Assembly: GCA_030704615.1 (NCBI GenBank)
Contig: CM060734.1
Coordinates: 4,464,001-4,528,000, forward strand
Direction of reading: 5' to 3'
Origin: Takakia lepidozioides
Lineage: Eukaryota > Plantae > Bryophyta
DNA: 64,000 bases
Below the pieces are notes generated by a model. The model was given only the letters and a program-made list of their open reading frames with translations. It was not told the origin of the DNA and searched no databases. How positions within the stretch are numbered: position 1 is the first letter of the stretch; each line of letters starts with the position of its first letter. Both the position numbers and the translations under genes were made by a program. This document shows, piece after piece, positions 24,240 to 36,000 of this stretch.

Positions 24240-25190
24240 GCATTTGCCTTCTGGACTTGTTTGGTGGGATCAGCACCGGATTGGCTGTTGTGCTACAGGC
24301 AGGTGTACGAGTTCGACGTTACCTGTATGTGGAGAGGGATGAGACTGCACGACGCGTCTCACTGCGCCATGTTGCTCAGTTGGTACAGCAATACCCTGAC
24401 TTGTTGCCAGTGTCTGCAGTTCGTGGATTCCAACAAGCCTTGCCAGCAGACATTTCTTTGCTGGGGGCGCAGGATTTAGAGCAGGTTGGCTCCATTGATC
24501 TGGTAGTGGCAGGTTGGCCCTGCCAAGGGCATTCATCAGCCGGGCATGGCAATGGATTGCGAGACTCGAGGACGGGTCTGTTTTGGGAGATGGTGCGGAT
24601 TTTGCGCTGCTTGCAGCTTCATCAAGCTGTATCTCCAGCATACATCTTGGAGAATGTACCACTGATGGGTGATTCTCGGGCCAGGGTGATGGCCAGTGTG
24701 CATCAAGTCCGGTCGTGGCTTGGGTCAGCAGTGTTCCTGGATGCAGCTGCAGTGGGGTCACGGGCTCATCGTCCACGGCTTTGGTGGACTAACTTGATGC
24801 CACCCGCACTACTCAAGCGTGCATTTGATGGGGTACAGCGGCCAGCACACCTTACCGTGGATGGCATTTTGGACACAGGGAGGCAGTCTCAACGTGTGAG
24901 ACACGATGACCGTTCGCCTTTGGCAGGGGTCAACAGGGTGGGTCAACCACGAGCAGCATTACCTACACTGCTCAGCTTCCCAGGATTCCATGCTTTTCGG
25001 GATGGTGGACCTAGCCTCCTGTGGGATGCTCAATTGCAACAGTTAGTGGAGCCTAATGCCGACGTGCGAGAGCGGGCTATGGGGTTTTCCACTGGGACCA
25101 CGGCGGTGCCTTCTCTTTCTGAGGCATCACGTCGGCAGGTGTTGGGGCAAGCAATGGATCTCAATTGCTTGACCTGGATTATCAGCTTGG
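24240..25190 (+). CDS. DNMT3-like C5 cytosine DNA methyltransferase domain inside pol
   Basis: Motif I LLDLFGGI, II YVERD, IV DLVVAGWPCQ (catalytic PC), VI YILENV, VIII AHRPRLWWTN, IX RERAMGF, X RRQVLGQAM. All are in order and uninterrupted. Confidence 0.92.
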
Positions 25191-25645
25191 CTATGGCTGA
25201 GCAACGTAGAGTGCGGAGCGCACTTCCCTGGACGGTCTCTCTTACCGAGACGGTACAGGCAGCGAGTGGGGGCGAGCCGGTGAGGACCACGGGGTGTAGA
25301 CATCCATGGCACACGTGGGAGGTGCTCAAGGTTCAGAGGGAGTTGGCAGCCAAAGCAGCTGTGATGGATGAGGTTGGGGATTCTTCTCGGGATGAGGAGG
25401 TTCTCAATGATGAGATGATGGGGCAGGATGAGGCATTGTCATTGACTGAGCAGGAAGGAAGTACTGCTCAAGAGGTTGCAGCATAGCAACCACGGGACGC
25501 GTCCTCTACCTCTAAGCCCACTGGACTTAAGGTTGCAGTCACGGAGGACAATTGGGAGCCTGACATTGGACCCATTGTCACCGGAGGAGAGAGACGACGT
25601 ATACGGCGGTTCCTGAGGGCTTACAGGAATTGCTTTGCCTTCAGT

Positions 25646-26975
25646 TTGAAGGACTTGGGAGCACTGAAGGGTCAAGAGATCCGTATTGAGTTGGCCACTG
25701 ACACGCCAATCTTTCGGAGACCCTATAGATACAGTGACATGGAGAGGTCTTTGATTCAGATGAGGACTCAAGATCTCTGGGAGGCAGGTTTGGTGGAGCT
25801 CTCTGGTGGAGAGTATGTTTCAGCCACAGTGATGCCAGCTAAGAAGGATGTCTATGGCAATTGGACGGAGAGACGTATGTGCGGTGATTACCGGCCTGTA
25901 AATCGTCAGACCAAGTCCGATAGGTATGCCATGCCAACACCAGAGGAGATCTTTGATGCCATTGGGCATTCCAAGGTCTTTAGCATGTTGGATTTACGAT
26001 CCGGATATCACCAGTTGCCGATCAAGGAGGCGGATAAGCAAAAGACGGCATTCTGGGGGATCAATGAGCACGGGAAGGATTGCCTATACCAGTGGCGGTT
26101 CTTACCATTTGGGCTTAAAAACGCTCCCGCTGAGTTTCAAAGAGTCATGGACAGGATTCTAGCAGGGGTGGAGTTTGCTCAGTGCTACATAGATGATATC
26201 ATCATCTTTAGTGCTACGGTGGAGGAGCATGAGAGACACCTTCAGGGGGTATTTGAGCGCTTAAGGACGCACGGATTGAAGTTACATCCGGGCAAGTGCA
26301 AGTTTTTCCACAACCAGATTGAGTATCTGGGTCACATGATATATCCTGGAGGATTGGGGGTACAACAGACTAAGGTAGAGTCCATTGCACAGGTTCCACG
26401 CCCCACGGATGTGAGCCGAGTTCGAGCTTTCATGGGGTTAGCAAACTATTACAGACGGTTTGTTAAGGGATTCAGTGCCATTGCAAAGGCTCTAACCAAG
26501 CTGACCAAGGTGGACCAGGAGTGGCAGTGGGAAGATGAGCAAGAACAAGCTTTTCAAGAGCTCAAGGCGAGGTTGACCTCGGCGCCCATCTTGAGACGAC
26601 CTATCAGGGGGCGTCCTTTTCAGCTGCATACAGATTGGAGCATGCTGGGGCTTGGAGTGGTGCTCACACAGGTGGATGATGAGGGAAGAGAGTTCGTAGT
26701 GGCTTATGCTAGCCGCTCGAACAATGCTGCAGAGTCTAAGTATAGCTCATATGAGGGAGAATGCTTAGCTGCAGTGTGGGCCGTGGCACACTTCAGGTGC
26801 TATCTATACGGCAATCTCTTCACCCTTGTCACGGATCACCAACCACTCAAGTGGTTGATGGAGTCAGACAAGCTTACGGGGAAGCTTGCACGGTGGGCAC
26901 TCATCCTTCAAGAGTATGACTTTCAGGTGGTGCATCGACCGGGTTTGGTCAATCGCAATGCAGATGGGTTGAGTG
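25646..26975 (+). CDS. Reverse transcriptase and RNase H
   Basis: [65 protein letters not shown]. Confidence 0.95.
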
Positions 26976-27039
26976 CAATCCATGCACGAGCCAACAAGAT
27001 GACACTGGAGCTCGGTGGCATGGTGAGACGGACGAGGAG

Positions 27040-28620
27040 ATGGTGCCCGGATGGCATGCATCTGCATTTCTGTGTATCTTGGCAGCGGAAGGCCAGGTTG
27101 GACCTGCAACAGGGATGACTGTAGATCAAGTGTCTGAGGACCCTGAGGCCAGCAATGAGCAAGATAGCGCCAAAGATATACATGAGGATTCAGTTGTGTT
27201 GGACTACCTCCGCACTGGAGACACGGCAGCCACTGTGACTGCCAAGGAGAGGGATCGGATCCTACAACGAGCCAAGAGGTTCAGGTGGGAGGGGACACAC
27301 CTGCTCCGAGTGTGGGAGGATGGTCGAGTGAGGATTGTGCCTCACCCAACACAGCGGGCATGGTTAGTGCGCCATGCCCATGAGGAGTTGGGGCATTTTG
27401 GGGTGCGACGCACTCATAGTCTACTGCAGGGGCAGTATTGGTGGCGTGGTATGCACACAGAGGTGCAACAATTTGTGGCTAGGTGCATGGTGTGTGACAG
27501 GGTACGTGCTTCATTCAACGCCCCTACTCCACAATTGCACCCTCTTCCGATCATGGGATTGGGCTACAGGTGGAGTCTTGACTTCGCAGGGCCGTTGCCA
27601 CTGACCATGCGCCACAACAAGTACGTGTTGGTGATGGTGGAGCACTTCTCCAAGTGGATTGAATTGGTTCCATTGCCTGATAAGGCTAGTGAGGGAGCTG
27701 CGTATGCATTCTTGGATTGTGTGCTTAGCCGATTCGGTGCTCCAGCTGAGGTACTCACGGACCAAGGGAGAGAGTTCTTGGGGGAGTTTCAGGCTTTGTG
27801 TGGCAAGGCCTTGATAGACCACCGCACCACTTCTCGAGATCATCCTGAGGCCGATGGCTTGGCAGAGAGAGTTGTTCAGACAGTAAAGAGGGGTTTGCGC
27901 AAGTATGGCTTGCAGAAGGGACACCTAGGAGATTGGGACCTTCAGTTACCCTGGTTAGCCATGGGCTACAGGTTCAGCAAGCAAGCATCACTTGCTTCCT
28001 TCTCACCATACTTTCTTCTCTTTGGCCGAGAGCCGGATTTGCCTACATCCATTCGTAGAGAAGCTGCTACAGTTCTTAACCTTGACGATCCGGACGTGTG
28101 GGCACGTGCATGTGAGCAGCATGCAGAGTTGTTCAAGAGAGTCATGCCCATGGCTTTCGAGAACCTTGCCATTGCACAACACCGTGATACGTTGAGGTAT
28201 GCTACCATACGTGGTGGGGGCTATCGTCCTGGGGTTCGGAGATTCAACCCTGGTGACTATGTCTATCTGCAGCAGATTGCTCCTACGACCCTGGATGTGA
28301 CTGCAGGACGTGTTATTTTGAGGGTTCGAGAGGTCTTGCCCTCAGGCGTCTTGGTCTTGGAGGGTCGGGATGGCATAACTTGGAAGGACCATGTGCGTAA
28401 TTGTGCGCCATGTCACCTTCCAAATGTCGATGGCAGGATTGACCCAAACCTGGCAGTGGTATATGCAGGTTTGAGGTGCATGTTGTGTGGGTCTGCTAAA
28501 GGGGCAGCCACCATGCTGGTGTGTGATCGATGCTCTAGAGGTTGGCATATGGGATGCTTGACTCCACCTCTTGAGATGGTTCCAGATGGGGATTGGTTAT
28601 GTCCACATTGCATTGGATAG
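27040..28620 (+). CDS. DDE integrase with a C-terminal PHD finger
   Basis: HEELGH..CMVC zinc motif; SLDFAG / LTDQG / GLAER triad; C4HC3 PHD CMLC...LVCDRCSRGWHMGCLTPPL...WLCPHC at ~28474-28617. Confidence 0.93.
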   Translation: MVPGWHASAFLCILAAEGQVGPATGMTVDQVSEDPEASNEQDSAKDIHEDSVVLDYLRTGDTAATVTAKERDRILQRAKRFRWEGTHLLRVWEDGRVRIVPHPTQRAWLVRHAHEELGHFGVRRTHSLLQGQYWWRGMHTEVQQFVARCMVCDRVRASFNAPTPQLHPLPIMGLGYRWSLDFAGPLPLTMRHNKYVLVMVEHFSKWIELVPLPDKASEGAAYAFLDCVLSRFGAPAEVLTDQGREFLGEFQALCGKALIDHRTTSRDHPEADGLAERVVQTVKRGLRKYGLQKGHLGDWDLQLPWLAMGYRFSKQASLASFSPYFLLFGREPDLPTSIRREAATVLNLDDPDVWARACEQHAELFKRVMPMAFENLAIAQHRDTLRYATIRGGGYRPGVRRFNPGDYVYLQQIAPTTLDVTAGRVILRVREVLPSGVLVLEGRDGITWKDHVRNCAPCHLPNVDGRIDPNLAVVYAGLRCMLCGSAKGAATMLVCDRCSRGWHMGCLTPPLEMVPDGDWLCPHCIG

Positions 28621-28869
28621 TGGGAGTGGATACAACCATGGAAGGCTAACAAGAAACGCAAGGCCCAGCTACTAGGAGACCTTGAACACACGAGATCCTG
28701 GCTCAAGTTCACAGATTGCAAGACGGCGAATAACGATGGGGCTACTCTTGTACCCGGCCTCTTGGTCTATAGAGTTTGAGTACAATAGGGACAGTGATAG
28801 AGGACTTAGTACGGTTGTGGCTATTTCATCTTGTAGCTATCTGGAGGTAGAGGGACCTATCCACCAGCT

Positions 28870-28880
28870 AGGGGGGCGAT
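28870..28880 (+). promoter_or_regulatory. Polypurine tract
   Basis: AGGGGGGCGAT immediately before TGTGGCAG (start of B1). Confidence 0.6.
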
Positions 28881-29402
28881 TGTGGCAGACTACTTTATTG
28901 TGCATATATGTGTGGTGTGGTTTGGACAGCGATGTAGTTGTGTAGCGATAGGTATGTGCACGACAGTTGTCAAGTTAAATAAGCACAGTGTGAAAACAGC
29001 TAGAATAAAACTAGTTATTTGTATTTAACACTTGGATTTAGGTCAAGTGTTAAATCAGGTGTCAAGTTTAGTTTGACACCTGGTCCGTCTTATCTTCACG
29101 AGAGCGGCAGTCGCGCGGCTCATCTCTCTCGAGTTGAGCCTGCGCGACCGAGCTGCTGCATTCTTCAGATCTGAGTGTGCTTATGATGGGAGTGTAGGTT
29201 GTTGTGGGGTGGAGTCCCCATAGCTTGGGGTGCCCCTGGCTCGACTATTATCTTAAAGAGTGATGTTGAGGGATTGCATATTTCTTGTGTTGAGAGTGTG
29301 TGTCCTTTTCTAGTTTGGTTGGCAGACTACTTTATTGTGCATATATGTGTGGTGTGGTTTGGACAACGATGTAGTTGTGTAGCAATAGGTATGTGCACGA
29401 CA
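28881..29402 (+). repeat. Split terminal repeat: B1 (28881-28965) - GT - A2 (28968-29320) - B2 (29321-29402)
   Basis: B1 and B2 match over 82 bp with 2 CG>CA differences, and A2 matches A1. The B1/A2 junction reads GACA-GT-TGTC. Confidence 0.9.
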
Positions 29403-30120
29403 AAGAGCACAGAGAAGGAGGAAAGATGAACAGTAGATGCTTATTACATGCAAAACTGTAGTGATACTATATGGCAGATTAGAGTCACCATGGCATTGGC
29501 CTGATACCTGATAAATCATAATCTGATACTTATTTGATACAATCACACTGTGTAGAGAGACATGAGTGAAGCTGTGAAATGAATGCATGATTAACTCGAA
29601 CTTAGTAGATACTGAAGCAATCTGATGTTTCAGTATCACGGTAAGGTAAATTGATAACATGAAGGCAAGAAGGAATACAAATGGGAAGCACAACCATGAT
29701 TCACTAGCTGCAAGTCATGACTGATAGTTCTGAGCGGGCTGAGTGCTTAGAGATATCCAACTCTTCTATCTTGGAGTTTCCACCTCGGATAACGAAGGGA
29801 TGGGTGAGTAAAAGCCATTCGACATTTGGCGACCATACTGGGGATGAACAACCAGATGTGACAGGCATCTGGTGGGATCATGGTGGTTGGAGAATTAAAG
29901 AATTTGATGTGAATCAAATTCCCTGTGAAACTGAGAAGGAAAGATTGTCTAAGCAATTCTTTCAGAGGTTCTTGGAATTGCCAGACGGTTGTAAAGAAAA
30001 CATTCTTAAGAGAGTGCATGATGCTGACCCTGAGTGGGGTCAGGATAAAGGAGTGATAAACATTTATCAGGTGGCCTGTAGAGGAAGAGCACGTTGGTTA
30101 CCAACACTGGTTTATGTGAT
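29403..30120 (+). mobile_element. Family A 5' LTR remainder (to 29824), PBS (29827-29844) and start of ORF1
   Basis: The LTR ends ...TTCGACA, followed by PBS TGGCGACCATACTGGGGA (Ogre/Tat-like). ORF1 breaks at LVYVI (30120) and resumes at ALLSIK (11157). Confidence 0.85.
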
Positions 30121-33055
30121 TCATCTTCACCCTCTCCATCTTCTCTATCAGAGTCAGAAGAATCTGCTATAGGGATACCAGTATTCTTCTGCATTTCCCT
30201 TATGGTGTCAGCCACTTCCATGTGTAGTTCTTTCTCATCTCTCCAAGTCTCATCATCTTCAGGCACATCACTGCCATCCTCATTATCATCTTCTTCCTCA
30301 TCCACTAGAGGTATTAGTTAAGCTTTGCTTCTAGTCACTATCATTGTACTCACTTCTGGTACAAAACATGGCCTAACCATGTGAGCTGCCACCACTAGCC
30401 CCTCATTCATAGGAGCTCTCATCTCATTCTGGTGTCTGATCCAGAATGGACAGGCTGCCTTGCGATGTCCTGCCTGGTTACAATAGTAACACAGTTCTTC
30501 CCCATTAGGTCCTCGCCCATGGTCTGCTTTGGGATTGTTTCTATAATCCTGATTCCCTGGCTGGTAATCCCCCCTTGGATTACATCTCCCTGCCATTCCA
30601 TTGTTATAACCACCAGGCCTTCCATAGTGGTCCTGATCATTGTTTCTTCTTGGCTGGGGCTGCACTTGATGCACCCTTACTTGCCTAGGTTCTCTTGCAG
30701 TTGTCCTTCTGTTGTAATAACAATGGATAGCGAACGGATGGGTGAGTAAAAGCCGCTCGACATTTGGCGACCATACTGGGGAACTGGGTCAAGAACAACC
30801 AGATGTGACGAGCATCTGGTGGGATCATGGTGGATGGAGAATTAAAGAATTTGATGTGAATCAAATTCCTTGTGGAACTGAGAAAGAAAGATTGTCCAAG
30901 CAATTCTTTCAGAGATTCTTGGAATTGCCAGACGGTTGCAAAGAAAACATTCTTAAGAGAGTGCATGATGCTGATCCTGAGTGGGGTCTGGAGAAAGGAG
31001 TGATAAAGATTTATCAAGTGGCCTGTAGAGGGAGAGCAAGTTGGTTACCAACACTGGTTTATGTGATAGCATTGCTATCCATTAAGCGAGTGGAGTTTGA
31101 AGGCTGGGAGGAACGGAAAGTGAATGTTTACACTCATATGCATGAAGAATTGGTACTGGTAAAGAATTGGATTCCTAAGGATATCCTGTGGATCAAACTT
31201 ACACCAAGAATAGCTTTCCAAACGTGCTTGCCATATGGTTATATGGTAACGGAGACTTCTAGTATAGCTAAGGGTGCATTGAAGCTTTGAAAGAAATCCA
31301 GGCATATACGAGAGATACTAGTACAGGAGAGAGTTTTGGTTATTGCCTCATTGAAAATATGAAAGACATGGGACATGGGTGATGAAAGAGAAGCTAGACT
31401 TCACAGATATTCAGCAAAAGAGGAAAGTTATTTGAAAACTAATTATCCATATCTTTGGGAGAGAGGAATAGACATAGGGAATCATCTGGACCTCTCACAC
31501 CATTAAGATCAGAGAGTACATCACCCATACCAGAGGAACCAGAGTTGGATGCCACTCCATCTTATTCTTTACAAGAAAGATTGAGGGATTTGATAGAGGA
31601 AGAAGATCAACCACGAGGGGAGAGATCTGAGGTACATCCCTGGATTAAAGATTTGACAGAAATCTTTGATCAGAGTTGGCATGGGACACCAAAAGCAGGA
31701 ACTCCAATTTCTGAATCACAAGACAAGGAAGGAGAGGAGGATGTGGCAGAGCCAACAGAGAGTTCAGACTCTCCAACACCACTCCAGTTGAGTTATATGA
31801 GTGAGGAAGAGGAAAACCAAGAGACGAACTTGGAAGATGAAAACAGAGAGAAATTGAAGATGTAGAATTTGGAAGATGAAGAGTATGAAGAAGTAGACCC
31901 AACAGTTGAGGTTGAGACTACAACCAGGACATCCCAACCTGTTGGACTTGGATCAAGTGGAGCACTTGCATCACAGGCCAACGAAGGTGTCGGCTCAAGG
32001 GGATCAGGCGGGCAGCTTGGATCTGGCTCTGGGGGGATAGGGAGTGTGGGAAGTAATGCAACTGGAGCTGGGGATACTGAGAATACAGTGGGGCCAGTAG
32101 CAGGGAGTGCTCAGGGGCCAACACTGATCCACCACTACAACAGCAGGTCCTCAAGGACCAGCACCAACAAGAGGACCAACACCTGTCAGTGGGCAGGGTG
32201 TAGGGCCACAGATGGCGGTACCTCCAACACGGGCAAAACCACATTTTCCAATATATGCAGGGAAAGGGGATCCTGATGTACACATTAGCCAATTTGAGCA
32301 CATGTGTATTGTGAACAATGAGAATGGCGATGATGCCAAGATGAGACTGTTTCCTTGTTCACTTATCAAGAAAGCAAGTGAATGATATGCGAGATTCCCT
32401 GATAATCATTTCATAACCTGGAATGGCCTTAGTACAGCGTTCCGAAATAGGTTCAGGACAAGCAAAATTGAGGATGAAGTGTATGGGAGTTTACAACAGT
32501 TAAAGCAAAAGAAGCATGAAACTGTTGAAGAGTACATGGAAAAGATGGAGTTGATGATGAAAAAGTTGGCTGTTGTGCCAGCACCAGGGTTACAGAAGAC
32601 CTGGTTTGTGAGTGGATTAAGACCTGAATTACAAAAGAAAGTGGATATGCTACCCCATAATACAGTGGAGGAGGCATTCAAAATAGCCAACAAAATTGAG
32701 CAATTGGGAATGCTCAGGAGAGAGAAAAAGGATGATGAGGACTCTGAAGAGGAGTCAGGTGAGGAAGAAGAGCAAGAGCTCAAAAGGAATAGTAAGAAAA
32801 AGGAAAAGTTGAAGAGGGAAAACTATGAGAAAAGACTGGAGGAGATCTTGAAGAAGTATGCCACAAAGGCTGCAACACATTGGAGGAAGGGTGTATGGTG
32901 TGCAAAATGCCAGAATAAAGCCCGCTCAGAACAATCAGTCATGACCTATAGCTAGTGTATCATGGTTGTGCTTTCTGTTTGTATTTCTTCTTGCCTTCAT
33001 GTTAGCAAATTACCTTACTGTGTATACTTAAGCATCAGATTGCTTCAGTATCTAG
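30121..33055. mobile_element. Rearranged family A copy: gag 3' piece (30121-30720, minus), LTR end-PBS-ORF1-gag (30725-32918, plus), LTR fragment (32920-33055, minus)
   Basis: High similarity to 11156-13720 and to the family A LTR; orientation switches at ~30722 and ~32919. Confidence 0.8.
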
Positions 33056-33064
33056 AAGGTTCCT

Positions 33065-36000
33065 GTCGAGCGGCTTTTACTCACCCATCCCTTCGCTATC
33101 CGAGGTAGAAACTCCAAGATAGAAGAGTTGGATATCTCTAAGCACTCAGCCCACTCAGAACAATCAATCATGACCTGCAGCTAGTGAATCATGGTTGTGC
33201 TTCCTATTTGTATTCCTTCTTGCCTTCATGTTATCAATTTACCTTACCATGTATATTGAAGCATCAGATTGCTTCAGTATCTACTAAGTTCCAGTTAATC
33301 ATGCATTCATTCCACAGCTTCACTCATGTCTCTCTACACGGTGTGTTTGTATCGAATAAGTATCAGATTATGATTTATCAGGTATCAGGCCAATGCCATG
33401 GTGACTCTAATCTGCCCTACAGTATCACTACAGCTTTGCATGTAACAAGCATCTATTGTTCATCTTTCCTCCTTCTCCGTGCTCTCGTTCTTGCTCTCCG
33501 CCTGATCTCCTCTAATGCATGACCAAGAAGCGCTCCCCGTGAAGTGATCCCCTTTCCGTTGCCGCTCTCCTAATCTACCCGCAAGTTGTTCTAACCACCT
33601 AACTAACTAACTGTCACCCCTGAAGTAACACGTTCCCTCTGCAGATGTCGTTCCCTCATAGTCGTTCCTTGTCAATGATAACTGTTCCCCATGTACTGTG
33701 ACAGGCTGTGTCAAGCTGTGTCGAGCTGTGACTGGCTGTGAGAAGCTGTGCCGGGCTGTGTCGGGCTGTGTGAAGCTGTGTTGGGCTGTGACTGGCTGTG
33801 CGAAGCTGTGGCGGGCTGTGTAAAGCTGTGACTGGCTGTGCAAAGCTGTGTCGGGCTGTGTAAAGTTGTGGCGGGCTGTGACTGGCTGTGCGAAGCTGTG
33901 TCGGGCTGTGTAAAGCTGTGCCGGGTTGTGACTAGCTGTGTGAAGCTGTGTCGGGCTGTGACTGGTTGTGCAAAGCTGTGGCGGGCTGTGTAAAGCTCCC
34001 TAAAGCCTGCTCCTGCCACCCCTATGACTCCTGTTGGTCTCAGTCTGCGCAAAAATTAAGGGTACCCCACAGAACCCATAAAAGCGTCCAAGTCCCAAGC
34101 AGCCCTCTAACATTTACCCCTCCCCCTCTCAAAAAGCCGTGTCCACACGGTTTACTGTTTGGGATTAGCAAACCTTTGTGAGCGAGCACCATTCTGACGG
34201 TGAGAGTCTCCTGAAGGACTCCGTGTACGGGCCCGAGTCCTGTCACTGGCTGATGGAGATGATTGAGCACTACCTAGAAATGTCTGACCCTCCTTTGGCT
34301 GATAACGAGGTAACCTCTCAGGCATAGGAGATCCCCGTCGTTTCTTCTCTGCCATCTGAAGTGCATAGTCCTCTGCCATGTCAAAAGAGTCCTCGGAAGA
34401 AACAGTAGTATCAGAATCCTCGTCCCCCCTTAGGTGTTTTAACGACCGAACTTTAAGTGAAATCCTGTGTGACATACAATGTGGTCCCACCATGTCTGGA
34501 AGTTTAAACTGTACAACTTGTTGTAAGCGCTTGCAAGCAAATATAGTGAACACCCTGAACTCATTATCCGTATAGGTGAGAGGTGTGCCAATGACTTTGG
34601 AACAGTGTAAGTATGTCCAGGCTTTATGTCCCTTAAAGAAAATATCCTCAGGGCCGAATTTATGTGTTGTCAAATTGTTCCAAGCTGAATTAAACCATGA
34701 ACAAAGTTGTGAATCCTTTTGCATCATGACTTTTGCATCATACAGGTACATATGAGGTGGCACTGAAGGTAAGACCCAATGATCCCCACTGGAATAACTC
34801 AGAAATCGTGATTGCATCTTCTGCTGCTCAATGTGATAGCGTGCCAGAAAACAAGCAGCATAGTATAATCCACATGACAATACTAGATACTTCCTTGGTC
34901 TTGGTATAGATGTACCCATGTACAACCTGGAAGGCAATTAATTCCTTCAGCATGGTACCTGCCTCAGACCAGTACCTAGCAAAGTGATGATCCTCAATGG
35001 GTCGATTGTTCGGAAGAACCTTAGTCCGAGTTACACCGGCAACCAAATGCGCATGATCTGGTAGTAATGTGCCAACGACTGCGGAGGACTAAATTCCTTC
35101 CAAGCCAAATCCAACACAATGGGAATTTGGTTGAAGGGCATAATCATAGCCCGACTGTACTCCCGTGCAGCAGGAGTCTTAGGTGGGTTAAAAGCAGCAT
35201 CCCCCCATACCTCAGGCTGTGGTGTGGCTGTAGTAACAACAGGTTCAGCTACCTGCACAGCCGCCTGCTGTGGTATTGGTACCACTGGCCCTTCTACCAT
35301 TGGCATCTCATGCACCCCCTGCGAAGAAGATTGAAAAATTAGAGTCCTGGCATGTAAATAAGTAGCCATCAGCTACTCCTCAGGACCAAAGACTCTCTTG
35401 TCAATATTTGAACTCAGGTCATTCACTTGAGTCTGCAGGCCTTCCACGTCCTCCTGTAGCTCCGCTATCCTACTATAGACATTGTCTATAGTAATTGTGG
35501 CAATGTTCTGCACCTGCAATCTGAACTCATTCATCTCGCCCTGGGTGAATTTCCGTGGTGCTTTGCCTTCTACCGGCCCTTGTGCTAACCAGACCTGCAT
35601 AAGGTGATTATCCACCAAGTCGTGTGTTGCGGCCCTTTGCCTTGAGGGCAGGGGGTCGGGACACATGAGGGGCTGCCCCTGTGGTGGGGGCATCGGCAGC
35701 GATAGGTATGGGGGGCTGAAGCACCCTTGAGTGCCCAAGGCACTGAAGGAGGCGGAGGCGCTCACTAGGTGGAGCCCCGCACACCGGGTTGCGGTGGGGG
35801 TGGCTCCACAAGGGGTGGTGGTAGCTTAGCGGGACTTAGTGGGGGTGGCATAGGACTCACCATGGGGGCGGAGACCTCGTGGTGGGAGTTGTGGGGAGTC
35901 TTGGGACTCATCACGGTCCATAGGGGCCGTGGTGAGTGGGCCAAGACTCATCACCGGGAATCGAGGGTTTTCGTGGTGGTTCGCCATAAAATGGCATGGC

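Larger units (their letters stand above)
22038..29402 (+). mobile_element. 3' half of the Ty3/gypsy element: gag-PR-DNMT-RT-RH-INT-PHD, PPT, B1-GT-A2-B2 terminus
   Basis: One reading frame runs from gag to RNase H, broken by three TAG stops (22307, 23687, 25484), with a 1-bp frameshift near 26975 before INT. Ends ...GCACGACA at 29402, followed by TSD AAGA. Confidence 0.92.

Noticed and set aside
23717-25486. Host DNMT3/DRM gene or bacterial restriction-modification methylase
   Set aside because: The domain is intronless, in frame between protease and RT, and inside TSD-bounded element termini.
22038-29402. DIRS/Ngaro tyrosine-recombinase element, suggested by the split repeats and a methyltransferase
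   Set aside because: It encodes an aspartic protease and a DDE integrase, I see no recombinase motif, it has a TSD, and the MTase is C5-type rather than Dam-like.
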